A stretch of DNA of 64,000 nucleotides, from the NCBI RefSeq assembly GCF_036971445.1, contig NC_091469.1, positions 292,826,001-292,890,000 on the forward strand, given 5' to 3'. The notes under the pieces are model-generated. The model ran no database searches, was not told the origin of the DNA, and was given only the letters and a program-made list of their open reading frames with translations. Origin of the DNA: Narcine bancroftii. Lineage: Eukaryota. Below are positions 22,246-35,222 of the stretch, piece by piece. Every line of letters starts with the position of its first letter. Positions within the stretch are counted from its first letter, which is position 1. Position numbers and translations under genes: made by a program.

Positions 22246-24314
22246 CAAAATTAAACAAATGTTCGATGAAGTGAAGGCAAAAAAATGAGTTGGAAAGTTG
22301 GAAGACTTTATTTATTTCAAGATAATTGTGCATAAAATAAACCAGTCAATATGCATCAGTCAAGGATTGAACATTTAAGAGCAATATACTGGCGGTAAAA
22401 ACATATTCTACATACTGCGAAGAATTTGGTGGTTGAAGGGATTTAGACCTTTGGAGGAACATCCATGAGATCTGGTTGCATCACAGAGGAACAGGAGGGT
22501 CACAATTATGCAAATGGATCCTTTTACCTTTGCACCTTCCCTTTAGTGGGGTATAACAGAGGATTATTAGCTCATAGATTGAGTTACCTTGAGTGAAGGC
22601 AATCTATCTCTGCGAGAAAGGAGCCTGGACTGTGTGAAATGGGCTTGGGATTGCCTAGCATATTGGGTGATTGAGGTAGAATCCTTACCCTTGTTGCGCA
22701 GATGGTTGGCCCACATCTTTGTTGCATAAATGATTGTACCCATTTAGGGAACGATGAGCACCCTGCACGCAGCTCCAGCAACAATGACCCAAAGCATCAA
22801 CGGCAACCACCAAGCATTAAGCTTCAGAATTTCCTCCCTAACCCTTTCACTCTCTTCTCTTTAAAACCTCCCTTTCATCTAGCGGTTTGAAGTTTTTAAG
22901 GTTAGCTCTACTGTAGAGATTTAAGTTGTTGCTGGCGCTCTTGTTGCACAGATCCTAAAGCAATACCTAGGCATGGCAAGCGGTGACTCTCTGCCGCTGG
23001 TGGGAACTTGCTGTGCACAAAATGAATGTAACGTTTCATAGATTACTTCAAACCACATCAGCTTCTCCAGGAGTTGAGGTGGGGGTTGGGGCGCATCTCA
23101 AAGCATGTTATACGTACAAACATCTTCTAAATGTGTTGATCCTCCATAGAAGACAAAGAAGCATCAGGGGACGTTCAAGGACGATTTACGAGAACCAAAA
23201 CTTTATCATTTCGAGGAAATGCAGATCGAATGGAGGTTCTGACATGGCGGCGCAGAGGAGATAGCTCTGCCTGTGGGGCGGAGGGTCGAGAAATCCAAAC
23301 TCAGGCTCATTAGTATGAGAAGATCATCAATAAATCCCCCAAAAAAGGAATTCAGCAGATATTCATAAGCCCAAGAAGTTAGAACGTGGGGATTGCTGAC
23401 ACAAGTAGTTGAGGTGGCATTGCATTGAGGAAACAGAAGGAAAGAGCAGAGAGGGCTGAGAGGACACTCTCAGAGTATGAAGTAAATCACGAAAATCTGT
23501 AGACACCGTGTTTGAAGTAAAAAGAAACACAGAATGCTGGAGAAGCATTGATTGTGCCTCGTGATCAGCAGGGTGTGTCTCTGCATCATATGTTTCGCAT
23601 ATTTCAATGTTTAAAAAGGAAACTAGAACACCTGACCAGCAGTTTAAAACAAACTGATGACCCGGCCCCAACTACTGTTACTTGAAGTTTCATGGTTATA
23701 AGCATATGACAAGTGAAAACAAATAGTAACACAGCGCAGTAACTTAAGCAATAGTTATACCTGCTGTTACTGTGCTTTGTAGAAGGAAACCAAAACATTG
23801 CCACATGAAGAGTTGATGGGGAATCGAATGATCAAAGCATCGTTTAATCGTACATTTCCAGAATGGAGGGTCTAGGTCAAGCTTCCTTGGATATTTTTCA
23901 TTTCTATCTCACACCTCATTAAATTATATTTAAAGGTTCATTTAGAATTTACAGTGAGTAGATTCATTACATCATAGAAAAAAACATTTGGATGGTTTGA
24001 AACAATTTTTCTTTTTGCTCGTACCTCATGCCCGAAACTTTAGTTCTGTATCTTTGCCTCCTATGGACCGTGCAGGACCTGCTGAGTTTCTCCAGCACTT
24101 TTGTGTATTTACAGTTTGGATGGTTTACAGGCGAGGCAGACAATTATTCACTCCAATTTTGGTTTTAAATCCATTTACAGAATCTCGATATCTTTGGCAA
24201 GACTACCATTTATTGCTCATCTCTGATGACCCCCTTGAGAAAGTGGTGATGGGATGACCTCCTGCAGACCGACTGGATAAGAAGCTGCTGCGATAGTATT
24301 AGGTGGGGAAATAA

Positions 24315-24585
24315 CAGTTTTAAGGTGGGGGGGGAGAGATTTAACAGGGACGACTCTTTTTTTCACGGATGGTGGTGAGCGTACGGAACGGGCTGCTGGA
24401 GGAGATGGCTGAGCCAGGTACTACTGCAACATTTAAGAAAAAAATTTGATGCCTACGTGGATAGGAGAGGTTTAAAGGGATGTGGACCAAATGCAGGCAG
24501 GTGGAACAAGCATGCATGGGACATTTTGGTTGGGGTGGGCAAATTGGGTCGAAGGGCTTGTTTCCACGTTGTGTGAGTCTATGAC
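24315..24585 (+). mobile_element. CR1 3' end
   Basis: FFTxMVVSVRNGLLEEM-like sequence and gggtcgaagggcttgtttcc...tctatgact tail. Confidence 0.75.
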
Positions 24586-24973
24586 TAGATAAACTAAGAT
24601 CCAGTGATGGTGAAAGAATGGGGACAAATCTTCAAGGCAATGGACCAATACCTCAGTAATACACTCCCATGCATAACCTTGTGGTTGTCACTTGAAATCT
24701 GCTACCTACTCATTTCCTGCCTTCCTTGTACACATTCCCTATCATTTCACTCTTCAGTTTCTCCTCATATTGTTTCCCCACATTCTGCAATGGACTTATT
24801 GAAAAACAGGATGGAGAAAAATAAATGTTGGCTTTTGAACCTGATGCACAGAGTTTGAGCCACACAAAGACTGAAGATGGTGGAATTTTGATCAGATATT
24901 GAGCTGTTGAAGTAACTCAGCAGGTCACACAGCATCCATGGGTAGAAATGCGTGGGGTCAGGTTGCTGGAGCA

Positions 24974-25105
24974 CAGTGGGTTCTCAAATATTTTCTTTCC
25001 ACTCACATCCCACCTTAAGCAATCCCTATACCATCGGTGCTCTGTGACTAGTAAGGGATTGCTTAAGGTGGCATGTGAGTGGAAAGAAAAAGTTTGAAAC
25101 CACTG
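24974..25105. mobile_element. Free monomer of the Charlie-like MITE
   Basis: cagtgggttctcaa...tttgaaaccactg with the same core as the composite arms. Confidence 0.8.
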
Positions 25106-25229
25106 GTGTATCGGAACCTAGTCTCGATAAAGTATCCCAACACTACATGTTGAGTGACCATTTCTATCCATGATTGCAAACTGTGAGTTGAATAAAAAAA
25201 GGGTGATAGTCAGCTTACAGGAGGGTGCA

Positions 25230-26137
25230 CCAGCATCAACTCATTGACACCAAACCCAAGGTGCTGATTGTTGACTTCAGGAAGGGAAAACCAGAGGTGT
25301 ATGGTCCAGTGATCATTGGGGGATCAGAGGTGGAGAGGGTGAGCAAATTTAAGCTATCAAGAGTCACTATCTCGGAGGATTGTTTCTGGACCCAACACAC
25401 TATTGGCATCATGAAGAAAGCACGTCAGCACCTCTACTTCCTCAGGAGATTGCAGAGGTTTGGTATGAAATTGAAAACCCAGGCAAATTTATACAGGTGT
25501 GTGATGGAAAATGGGCTACATCATGGTCTGGTATGGGGAGCGTAAAGCTCTGCAGAATGTAATGGATACAGCCCAGGAATCACAGGCAAAACCTCCCAAG
25601 AATATCTACAGGGAACCAGGGGTGCAGTGCTGCCAGAGCTCACCAGAGCGCCGCTCCAGGCACCTCATGGGACGACTCCAGCACCTCCTTGTCGCTGTTT
25701 TTGGTGAGGTCCGACACCTAAAAAAAATAGCATTACACCCCTGCGGGGAACACTGCTATCAGAGAGCAGCAGCAGTCATCAAGGATCCACACCACCCAGC
25801 TCACACTCTGCTCTCACTACTACCATCAGGAAAGAGGTAGAGGTGCCACAAGACTCACACCACCAGGTTCAGGAACAGCTGCTGCCCCTCCACCATCAGT
25901 CTCCTCAACAACAAAGTCAACCAGGGACTTATTTAAAGAGTTATTTTTGCACTTTATTTTTTTCCCTCCCTGTATTGCAGTTTGTTTACATTTTCTTATT
26001 TGTTTACATGTGTATGCTGTGCACAGTTTTTTTTTGCACTGCCAATAAGTGGTAATTCTCGCAGCAAAAAGAATCTCAGGGTTGTATGTGATGTCATGTA
26101 TGCACTCTGAAAATAAATCTGAAATCTAAAATCTGAA
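25230..26137 (+). mobile_element. Rex1/Babar LINE 3' fragment with nested hAT MITE
   Basis: LIVDFRKG..GSEVERVSKFK..MKKARQHLYFLRRL; IKDPHHPAHTLLSLLPSGKR; tail aataaatctgaaatctaaatctgaa. Confidence 0.9.
25617..25743. mobile_element. 127-bp hAT MITE
   Basis: TIR caggggtgcagtgct/agcattacacccctg; 8-bp TSD cagggaac/cggggaac. Confidence 0.85.
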
Positions 26138-26329
26138 CCTGACCTGCTGAGTTCCTCCTGATGTTGAGTTTATTTGGGGAAGATGGGTCCTCCAACCTTG
26201 GTTCTGGAACCTTATCTTAACCCTGCCCTACTCATTTAATCTTTGATTTATACAAATTAAATCTATTTCCCATCTCACCAGCATCAGCAAGGTTTGGATC
26301 AGTGAATTCCAAATTTCCGTAACGTCTTC

Positions 26330-26543
26330 TGTGGTGATACGACCACTACATTGGCCACACTCTTACCGGCCTAGTGCAGGGGGCAACCACTGTACCTGCA
26401 GGTAGAAAACCTGGGAGGCTGGCCCCACGGCGGTCAATCACCGACCTGTATGTAGACTCAAGCCGGCCCCTCCTGGGTCAGTCAGACACGTGGAGCCAGC
26501 AGTATACTGAGACTGGTGAGTACAAGTTTAAGCTCATTAAAGT
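26330..26543 (+). mobile_element. LTR fragment (right end lost)
   Basis: Starts tgtggtgata, GC-rich body, attaaa signal; abuts a CR1. Confidence 0.45.
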
Positions 26544-26544
26544 C

Positions 26545-27032
26545 GGCGAAAGGATATAAACAGAATAGAGAGCGTGCAGAGGAGGTTTACGAGAATGTTG
26601 CCAGGGTTTTAGGGTTTGAGTTACAGTGAAAGGCTGAGCAGGCTGGGACTTTATTCCTTGGAACATAGACGATTGAGGGGTGATTTGATAGAAGTTTTCA
26701 AAATTGTAAGGGGTAAGATAGAGTCAATGTGGACAGGCTTTTTCCATTGCGAGAAGATTCAAACGAGAGGACATAGATTGAGAGTAAAAGGGGAAAAGTT
26801 TCGGGGAAACATGAGGGGGAATGTGGTGGGGGTGTGGAATGAACTTCCGGCAGAGGTGGTAGAAGCGAGATCAATGTTAATATTCAAAGAAAGGTAGGAT
26901 AGGTATATGAATGGGAGAGGTCTGGAGGGTTATGGGCCGAATGTGGGCCAGTAGGACTAGGTGGGAGAAATTGTTCAGCATGGTCTAGAAGGGCCAAACT
27001 GGCCTGTTTCTGTGCTGTAAATGGTTATATGG
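26545..27032 (+). mobile_element. CR1 LINE 3' end
   Basis: SYSERLSRLGLYSLEHRRLRGDLIEVFKI...TRGH..VVGVWNELP (ORF 26616..26897); tail ggttatatggtt. Confidence 0.9.
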
Positions 27033-27879
27033 TTAAGTCTGTTGGACAGTCTGCGGACTTTGCATCAGAAATATTTGCACAGCAGCACTCACATCTTCCG
27101 TGAAAACCTCTCTTTCCCTTTTGTAAACACCAACCAATGTGGCAGATCCCCCCCACCACCCCTCCTCTCTTTTGAAGACGGAGTTTTATTTAGCACTGAG
27201 AGGTTGTTGGTTGTGTGCCTTCCCATCTTTCTTGGATTTCCATCACACTTATGACTTCGCTGATGCGTCCTGGGGATAGGTTGGAGGGAAAGCAGATTGC
27301 TCAAGTCTTTGTGAACACTTGCATGAACTAAGATTTATTTATTATATTCTTACGCTCCATTGAAATTTATCTTTCTTCCATTTTCAGCTGTTCTCCAGCT
27401 GTCTTCTGACCATTGAAAGATTTTCTTCTACAATTATATTTAGCATCAGCTTCTTGTTTCCCTTGGGTTTCCTATTTATCCCCTCATTTTAATGTATTTT
27501 TATGTTACCTGCATTCATTTTAACATTTTTATTTTCCTGAATCACTGTGAGATTTTCCCTTTTTAATTGCACTATTAATTTATCAGATCATGCGCGAGCT
27601 GCTCCATTGGTCTTCTGCAGTAGAATTTCTTTTCTTTTATATCCTTCACTTTGATTTATATTCCTTGCTCTTGAGTTTCAGCTTTTGCAGGTCTTGAGAA
27701 GGCTTGGGGTTTATCTTTGAGTGACTTTGATCACCAGCCCCTGTCCTCGGTTGAAACTGTTTCTTCCAGTGAGTTCTCAGGAACAGGCTTTAACTGACTC
27801 ACTAGCCGGTCACTTCATCAATTCTCCTCCCTGGGCCTAAAAACAGTGGTTATTCATCTTACCGATACGCTGCGTGATT

Positions 27880-28393
27880 TTGCATGCACCTCTCCTTCCT
27901 CAGGAGGTTGCAGAGGTTTGGTGTGACCTCGGAGACCCTGGCAAATTTATGCAAGTGTGTGGTGGAGAGTGTGCTGACTAGTTGTATCACGGTCCGGTAT
28001 GGGGACACCAGTATCCCTGAGTGTAAAGCCCTGCAAAAGGAAGTGATGCAGGGCATCACAAGCAAAATCCGCCCCGTGAGAAATCTAGGGGGAATGCTGC
28101 CATTGGAGAGCAGCAGCAATCATCAAGGATCCACATCACCGAGCACATGCTCTGTTCTCGCTGTTGCCATTGGGAAAGACAATAAACTATATCAGGGACT
28201 CATTTTATTGTTTTTTTCTTCTCTGTATTGTACAGTTTGTTTATATTTCTTTATTTGTTTACATGTGTACGTTGTGTACAGATTTTCTTTGCAATACCAA
28301 TAAGTGGTAATTCTGTCTGGCCTACAGGAAAAAGAATCTCAGGGTTGTATGTGATGACAATGTATGTACTCTGGCAATAAATCTGAAATCTGA
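27880..28393 (+). mobile_element. Rex1/Babar 3' fragment
   Basis: HLSFLRRLQRFGV..VESVLTSCITVRYG; tail aataaatctgaaatctgaa. Confidence 0.85.
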
Positions 28394-28399
28394 AGGCTA

Positions 28400-28870
28400 T
28401 CCCCCAGCAACCTAGTCAAACTCTCTTGCCTCTCCCTTTAATTTAAACCCTCCTAGCACTGGTAACATCTTCAAGAATCTTGTTTGCACCCTTTCCAGTT
28501 TAATAACATCATCTCTAAAAGACAAGAGAAATGGCACTTTTCCAAATAATGGCCTTTCCAGTGTCTTATTCACCTGTAACATGATGTTCTAACTCCCCCA
28601 CTCATTGCCCTGCCCAATGAAGCCAAGCATGCCAAAAGCCTTCCTCCCTACCCTGACTACCTGCACCTACACCTCAAGGTTTCACTGTTCTACAGAAGAG
28701 AGGCCCTCTACCATTTTAGGTTGCAACCCTAACCCCTGACCTGGTTTGACTTATCAAAATGCAACACCTCGTACTATCCAAATTGAACACCATCTGCCAT
28801 TCCTCAGTCCACTAGCTCAGTCGATTAAAATTCCTTTGTTATCCTAGATAAGCTTCCTCATTATCCATTG
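28400..28870 (-). mobile_element. Old CR1 fragment
   Basis: Reverse-strand CR1 RT C-terminal features (tgcaccctttccagtttaataacatc; aatgcaacacctcgtactatcc). Confidence 0.65.
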
Positions 28871-29061
28871 TACTGTTCTGTAGCAGTGTGTGACTAGAAT
28901 TGTGGAGCATGTAAATGTTTAATTGCAAGCAGTGGAGTTACCTGTGTGAGGGTCCCTGGGGCATGAGGTAAGAGGGGTGGAGGATTACATTAATTGTCTA
29001 TGTTGGTCATAGAATTTATTTTAGACTTTTTGCTATACTACCTCCAGGATGCCAATGCTGG

Positions 29062-29209
29062 NNNNNNNNNNNNNNNNNNNNNNNNNNNNNNNNNNNNNNN
29101 NNNNNNNNNNNNNNNNNNNNNNNNNNNNNNNNNNNNNNNNNNNNNNNNNNNNNNNNNNNNNNNNNNNNNNNNNNNNNNNNNNNNNNNNNNNNNNNNNNNN
29201 NNNNNNNNN
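29062..29209. other. Assembly gap (148 N)
   Basis: Run of N. Confidence 1.
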
Positions 29210-29345
29210 AAGGATGCTTGCATGTTTTCATAATGTGTTGGGTGCACAATGAAGCAAATATCCAAGAGTGCATGATGCTTGCATGCATACATGTATGGTC
29301 CATCTGTATATGAGAGAGAGAGAAATTCAAATATAATGTATATGC

Positions 29346-29348
<3 letters not shown>

Positions 29349-29421
<73 letters not shown>
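29349..29421. repeat. (TG)n microsatellite
   Basis: About 36 perfect TG units. Confidence 0.98.
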
Positions 29422-29424
<3 letters not shown>

Positions 29425-29436
29425 TATCCGTGAGAG

Positions 29437-29580
29437 NNNNNNNNNNNNNNNNNNNNNNNNNNNNNNNNNNNNNNNNNNNNNNNNNNNNNNNNNNNNNNNN
29501 NNNNNNNNNNNNNNNNNNNNNNNNNNNNNNNNNNNNNNNNNNNNNNNNNNNNNNNNNNNNNNNNNNNNNNNNNNNNNNNN
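29437..29580. other. Assembly gap (144 N)
   Basis: Run of N. Confidence 1.
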
Positions 29581-29759
29581 TATACATATTTTTGGAGTTC
29601 CACATGAATGTTGTCAAGAGCTGGAATATTTCTCTTCCTTTCTACCCAATCCCTCAAAACTCTGAAAGAAGAACGTCATCACAGTCCTCTCCTTGTTATT
29701 ATCAGGCTGGTTATAATAAGCACCACAGAAACTTCTGCTGCAGCCTCATTCAACCTCCT

Positions 29760-29995
29760 TTTAATTTAATTTAGACATACAGCACAATAACAGGCCCTTC
29801 TGGCCCATTGAGCCCGTGCCGCTCAAATACCTCTATCAACCTACAACCCTCGTAGGTTTTTCAACATGGGACACCCAGAGGAAACCCACGCCGATACAGG
29901 GAGTATATACAAACTTCTTACAGTCAGTGACAGGTTCGAACCCGGGCCATTGGTGCTGTAATCGCATTGTGCTAAGCTGCCACGCTAACCGTGCA
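29760..29995 (-). mobile_element. V-SINE
   Basis: ttaatttagacatacagcac...gaggaaacccacg...ggttcgaacccggg...cgctaaccgtgc. Confidence 0.85.
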
Positions 29996-30684
29996 GAAGG
30001 CAGACTTTCGATATTCATGCTTGCTTTAGTTGGTACCAGTGAATTACAAAATAAGGGTCCGTGCTGACAAAATAAGCTCTTCACCAACAAATTAAATTTA
30101 ACGCAGTTACTGTTAACTCAGTGCTTGAATAACTCCAAAGCCCAGAGACCATGAAGTTGATGCATTGCAGACATTTGGTCAAACACACCAAGGATACTCA
30201 TGCATATTAGTTAATGGACCTATTTAAAAAGCCCTGATGCTGTGGAAGATAAATTTCTTTGCAGGCAAGCAATTTCCCATGGGGAGATTTGCCAAAAGTA
30301 ATTGAGCAATTGTGGTAATAACAGTTAACATCACCTCCTGCTACAAGAGGATATGACCTTATTCAATGCCAGGTAGTCTTCTCTCTGGCCCTAATCACCA
30401 GCATGCAGTAAAACACCAGTATTGCCTGCAACAGTCTGTCCATCAGTGAATGGACATACTGGCTGGTTATAACTGCAGTTTGGGTTGTTTATGTTACTTA
30501 AAGTTTAGCGCCTGGAGACTTGTTTCCAACCTGGTTTTTATTCCTCTCTTTGCTGATAGCTTAACATTCATCTTTTCTTATTCTGGCCTCCCCAGCTCTA
30601 CTTTATCACCTCCAGCTCCATTAAGCTCTTCCCCATTTAATCTCTCCTGCTGTCCACTCTGTCACGCACTTTCCTTATTGCCAC

Positions 30685-31130
30685 AAGATCACAAGATATA
30701 GGAGCAGAAGTCAGCCCATTGAGTCTGCTCCGCCATTCTAATCATGAGCTGATCCATCCTCCCACTCAGTCCCACTCCCTGGTCTTCTCCCTGTAACCCT
30801 TGAGGTCCTGACTAATCAAATACCTGTCAATCTCTGCCTTAAATATACCCAACGACCTCACAACCACAGCCACCTGGGGCAACAAGTTCTACAGACTCTT
30901 GGCTCTGGCTGACACATTTTTTTCGCATCTCTGTTTTAAATTGATGCCCTTTTATTCTGAAGTTATGCCCTTTTGTCCTAGACTCCCCTACCATGGGAAA
31001 CATCCTTGCCACACCTATTCTGTCCAGGCCTTTCAGCATCTTTGAGGTCTCCCCTCATCCTTCTGTAGTCAAATGAGCTGATAAACGTTCCTCTTATGCC
31101 AAGCTTTAATTCCTCCTCATTTCTTCCCCT
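30685..31130 (-). mobile_element. CR1 3' end
   Basis: MLKGLDRI..MFPMVGESRTKGHNFRIKG (ORF 30839..31039). Confidence 0.85.
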
Positions 31131-31699
31131 TCATGTCCATGTGGAACCTCCAACTTTTCCCAAGCCTGATTGAGGTTTTCAGTCTGAAATATCAACTCTG
31201 TTTCTCGCTCCATTCAGTCTGCCTGACCCACTGTGCACTTTTTCCTTTCATCAGTCAGTTTGAAGCAGCCACGGGTTAGAAGACAGAGAGCTAAGCTTGG
31301 GGAGTGCGGCGCCACAAGCAATAGGGATGGGTGTACAGAATGGTTCGGGCATTCCTTGTGAGTAAATGCAAAGAAGTGGGTCAGTCACATCCATGGAGAG
31401 AAATGCTCAGTTCAAGTTTTGGCTTGGAGCCTTTTGTGGAGACTGAAGTGGGGAGGGGAGAGGCCAAAGGATGATAGGATAATGGATGAATGAATGGTGG
31501 AGAGAAAGATAGGGAGAACACACCTGGAGGTGAGAGGAGGGGTTGAGAAAGGGAGCAGGAGAAGGACAGATGGAAACAGTGGAACCCTTCTGAGTTCTCC
31601 AGATGATCCTCTTTCTTTCAGGTCACCTGTCAGATTGCCAGTCTTCTCCTTTGACCAGACAGCCTACCAAAGTTGGCCAGCTTTTATCCTTCTGGAAAG

Positions 31700-32292
31700 C
31701 ATTTCTGTGTGCAGTTTGGGTCACCAAATGAGAGGAAGGTGATAAACAAAATAGAGAGAGTGCAGAGAACATTCACGAGAATGTTGACAGGATGGCAGGG
31801 TTTGAGTGACAGAGAAAGGTTGAGCAGCCTGGGGCTTTTTTCTCTGGAGCGTAGAAGATTGAGGGCGGGATTTGATGGAGGTGTTCAAGATTTTAAAAGG
31901 GACATAAAGAGTCAACGTGGATAGGCTTTTTCAATTAAGAGTGGGGGATATTCAAACCAGAGGCCATGGTTTGAGATTGCAGGGGGAAAATTATGAGGGG
32001 AAATTTCTTCACGCAAAGGGTGGTTGGGATGTGGAATAAGCTTCCAGCAGTGGTGGTTGAAGCAAGGACGTTATTTACATTTGAGGAAAGACTTGTCAAT
32101 GCGCCTTTGCATCTTGACAATAATTGAGTTGGCTTTTTGGATCTGTTAATTAGTTTGCAAGACAATTACATGAAGGGGAGAAGATTGGAGGGATATGGAC
32201 CAGGTGCTGGTCAGTGGGACTAGGAGGGTGGGGATGTGTTCTGGCATGGACTCGTAGGGCCAAACTGGCCTGTTCTGGGCTGTATATGGTGA
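31700..32292 (+). mobile_element. CR1 3' end carrying a foreign insert at 32095-32168
   Basis: IERVQRTFTRML..LGLFSLERRRLR; FFTQRVVGMWNKLP; 3' UTR. Confidence 0.9.
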
Positions 32293-34429
32293 TATGGACA
32301 ACAAATGGGGGATAGTTTTACAGCCATAGATGGCTCTCGCAGTGGTGTGACCCATTTTGCCTCTGCCAAGTTTGCAAGAATAGATCAGAAGCCATGTGTT
32401 TTTCATGGGAAACTGGCCGAACAATATGGCAGTTAGTGAATCATCTGCAGCTCATTCTCAACAAGTGTAACCCATTAATAACTAAGGGCACACAAATAGA
32501 CAACTAAAAGAAGGAACTCCTTAGCCTGCTTGTTGTCATTACAAGCCAACTTGGCCAGCTATTGCTAGGAGCAGCTGATGTCGCTCCATTTTTTAGCCCC
32601 ACCTTTCTTGATCTGAAGCAAGTCGCTTCTGACACTTTCACATTCTACCCTTGCGTGGTGTGATTGCGACTGGCCTGTACAGCAGATAAGCAGCAAGCTG
32701 CACGAGCCATGTTGAAACCAGCCGTGAAGGAGGAAGTGCGCGGTTAGGAAGTGGGAACCATTAGCTCAGAGCAGAATGCTGCAAAACCGCTTCGCTGGAA
32801 ATTAATTTTTTTTCCCTCATTTCTTAAAATAAATGCTCCTATCCTATCCTCGGGCAAACTGCTTTCAAGATTGATACCGTTTCCATTTTGCGGGGCCAGG
32901 AGAAAGCCACAAAAAAAAAATGAAAGGAGAATCGTAGCAAACTGAAGCCAACTTACAAGTTTTTTTCTCCCCCTCTGCTGCATTCCCGAATTATTTACCA
33001 GCTTTTGCAAGATGCATTGAAATTATATCACCATCACAAATGTTCAGGAATTCAGTACCAGTCACAGGAAGTTGGGCACTTCAGCAAAATTGCCAATATA
33101 TTGTTAAGCAAACAGAACTGATCTTCAATGGGCCTGATCTTTTCTTTATAGCCAATGACATGAGTTTTGTAAATTAATAAACATGCTAGCATCTGGAGAC
33201 TGAATAAAGCCTCAATCACTTCTTAATGTGTATTCTCTTCCAGACCCACTTTACAGTGCTAACCGTCATCCAAACAACAATGCAATAGAAGCCTCCGTCG
33301 CACACTGTGACACAGTTGAAAGGCTTCTGCTCTGCCTTTCTTTGACAGGGACAATTGGCAAGAGGCCTGTGGCTATTCACGCAGAACAGGCAATGAAAAA
33401 TGCTTGAAGTCAGTTTCAGGGGTGGCATTGCCCATGGAAGAAAGACCACATAACGTGAATGACTGCTGCTAGGAGACTCATTCTGAAAGCATGTTGGTTG
33501 CAGGCCTCCATGTGCCGACATCAATGGGCTCATCTTCTCCCCATTGAACGGACCTGAAATGATAGAGATATACATGAGAAAGAACTATACGGAGAAGGAA
33601 AATAAAGGCCAAAGAAGACAACACTATAGCGATTGTTGGGCTGAGGACATATTAGTTGTACAGTATGTTTGCCAAATGTTGCGTTTAAAGAAAACGAACC
33701 TTCCTGAAACATGACCAGGAGTTTTAACATGTATTAGGTCTGCAAGCTATTTCACTATTACAGTATCTCAAATTAATTCCATAAGCAATTAGATGGCCTA
33801 ATTCAGTTTTATGTACTTGCTAAGCACTGATACTGAACATGTGCTGATGTAATCAACGTTCTTCAAGTGCTGTCTGCATTCATTCCCAAAAATCTTCTTA
33901 AAAAGGAAGAAAAGCCTTTAACCTAAATGTCTCAGACCCATAGTTTGTATCAGCTCTGTGAGTAATCCTGCGACATTTACAGCTCCATTTAATATTAAAT
34001 TAAATCTCAACATAATGCTGCAGATTTAATTCATTGGGAAATCAAAACAGGCAGATTTAAAGGTCAAAGCAATTACTCATAACTGTCGAAAATTAAATCT
34101 GTAGCCACTTGGCATTTTAGTCTTCCTTGCTCTTTATAGCTTCACCATATTCTATCGCTGTTTTCCATAATCACTTCGAAGCAGTTGTGTGCTTCAGAAG
34201 TGGTCACTGTTGTTATGCCTGAAAGCAGTAGCTCCACGAGATCCCACAAAAACTGCAGTGTACCCACAAGCAGTTTTGACAGCAGTAAACAATGACCAGT
34301 GTACAAGGCAGAACATCTTTTCTCATTTTCAAAATAGCAACACAAGGTCAGTGCCAGCCACCAGAGAGAGGGAAGTCAGATCAACATCTCATCCGATCAG
34401 CAGAGATGTGCTCTTTTAATAGTGTACAG

Positions 34430-34628
34430 AGGCATCACGCTCGGGGACCACAGAATGGTAAAGTCTTGCTTTCTTTTCACCTCACGTTACATATTTTTAA
34501 AAAAATGTAGTTGGTGGGCGAGAAGTACGAAAGAAACCAAAACTTCACTGCTTCTGAGGAAAGGCGGCTCATAAACTTTGAGCAGAGTCGTAGGAGGGCC
34601 TTAGCCATAAAAAGGTTGAGAATGGGTG
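34430..34628. mobile_element. Partial copy of the MITE at 19732-19987
   Basis: Shared agaagtacg.aagaaaccaaaac...gctcataaactttgag.agagtc...aggttgagaatg.gtgctctaga. Confidence 0.75.
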
Positions 34629-34644
34629 CTCTAGAATGAGCCAT

Positions 34645-35222
34645 GAGATTTCAGATTTATTGTCAGAGTACATACATGACACCCTGAGATTCTTTATCCT
34701 GTGGACGAGGCAGAATGACCTCTTATTGGCAATGCATAAAACTGTGCACAGATGACTGTGCAATACAGAGAGAATTTAAAAAAAAAACAATAAAATGCAA
34801 AGCTAAAAGTCCTTAAAATAAGTCCCTGGTTGAGTATGTTGTTGATGGGTCTGATGGTGGAGGAGTAACAGCTGTTCCTGAACCTGGTGGTGCGAGTCTT
34901 GTGGCACCGATACCTCTTTCCTGATGGTAGTGCCAAGAACAAAGATTGTACAGGGTGGTGTGGATCCTTGATGATTGCTGCTGCTCTCCCACGGCTGTGT
35001 TCCTTGCAGATGTTCTCAATGGTGGGGAAGGTTTTGCCTGTGATGCCCTGGGCTGGGTCCACTACCTTTTGGAGGGATTTACACTCAGGGGTATTGGTGT
35101 CCCCGATACCAGACACTTTCCACCACATATCTGCAGAAATTTGCCAGGGATTCTGGTGCCATACCAAACCTCAGCAAACTCCTGAGGAAGTAAAGGTGCT
35201 GACATGCTTTCTTCATGATTGC
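34645..35222 (-). mobile_element. Rex1/Babar 3' fragment
   Basis: LQKVVDPAQGITG..IIKDPHHP..LPSGKRYR..TTRFRNSCY (ORF 34694..35167). Confidence 0.9.

Noticed and set aside
22689-22762. Minus-strand exon candidate with donor GTAAGG
   Set aside because: The acceptor lacks a polypyrimidine tract and no frame gives a recognisable peptide.
27140-27800. Possible L1 ORF1 remnant on the minus strand
   Set aside because: Only purine skew suggests it; no motif could be read with confidence.
28994-29774. ORFs spanning N gaps and (TG)n, and exon-sized gaps with acceptor-like left flanks (also 42107-42316)
   Set aside because: Artefacts of N and dinucleotide runs; no donor follows the gaps and their content cannot be seen.
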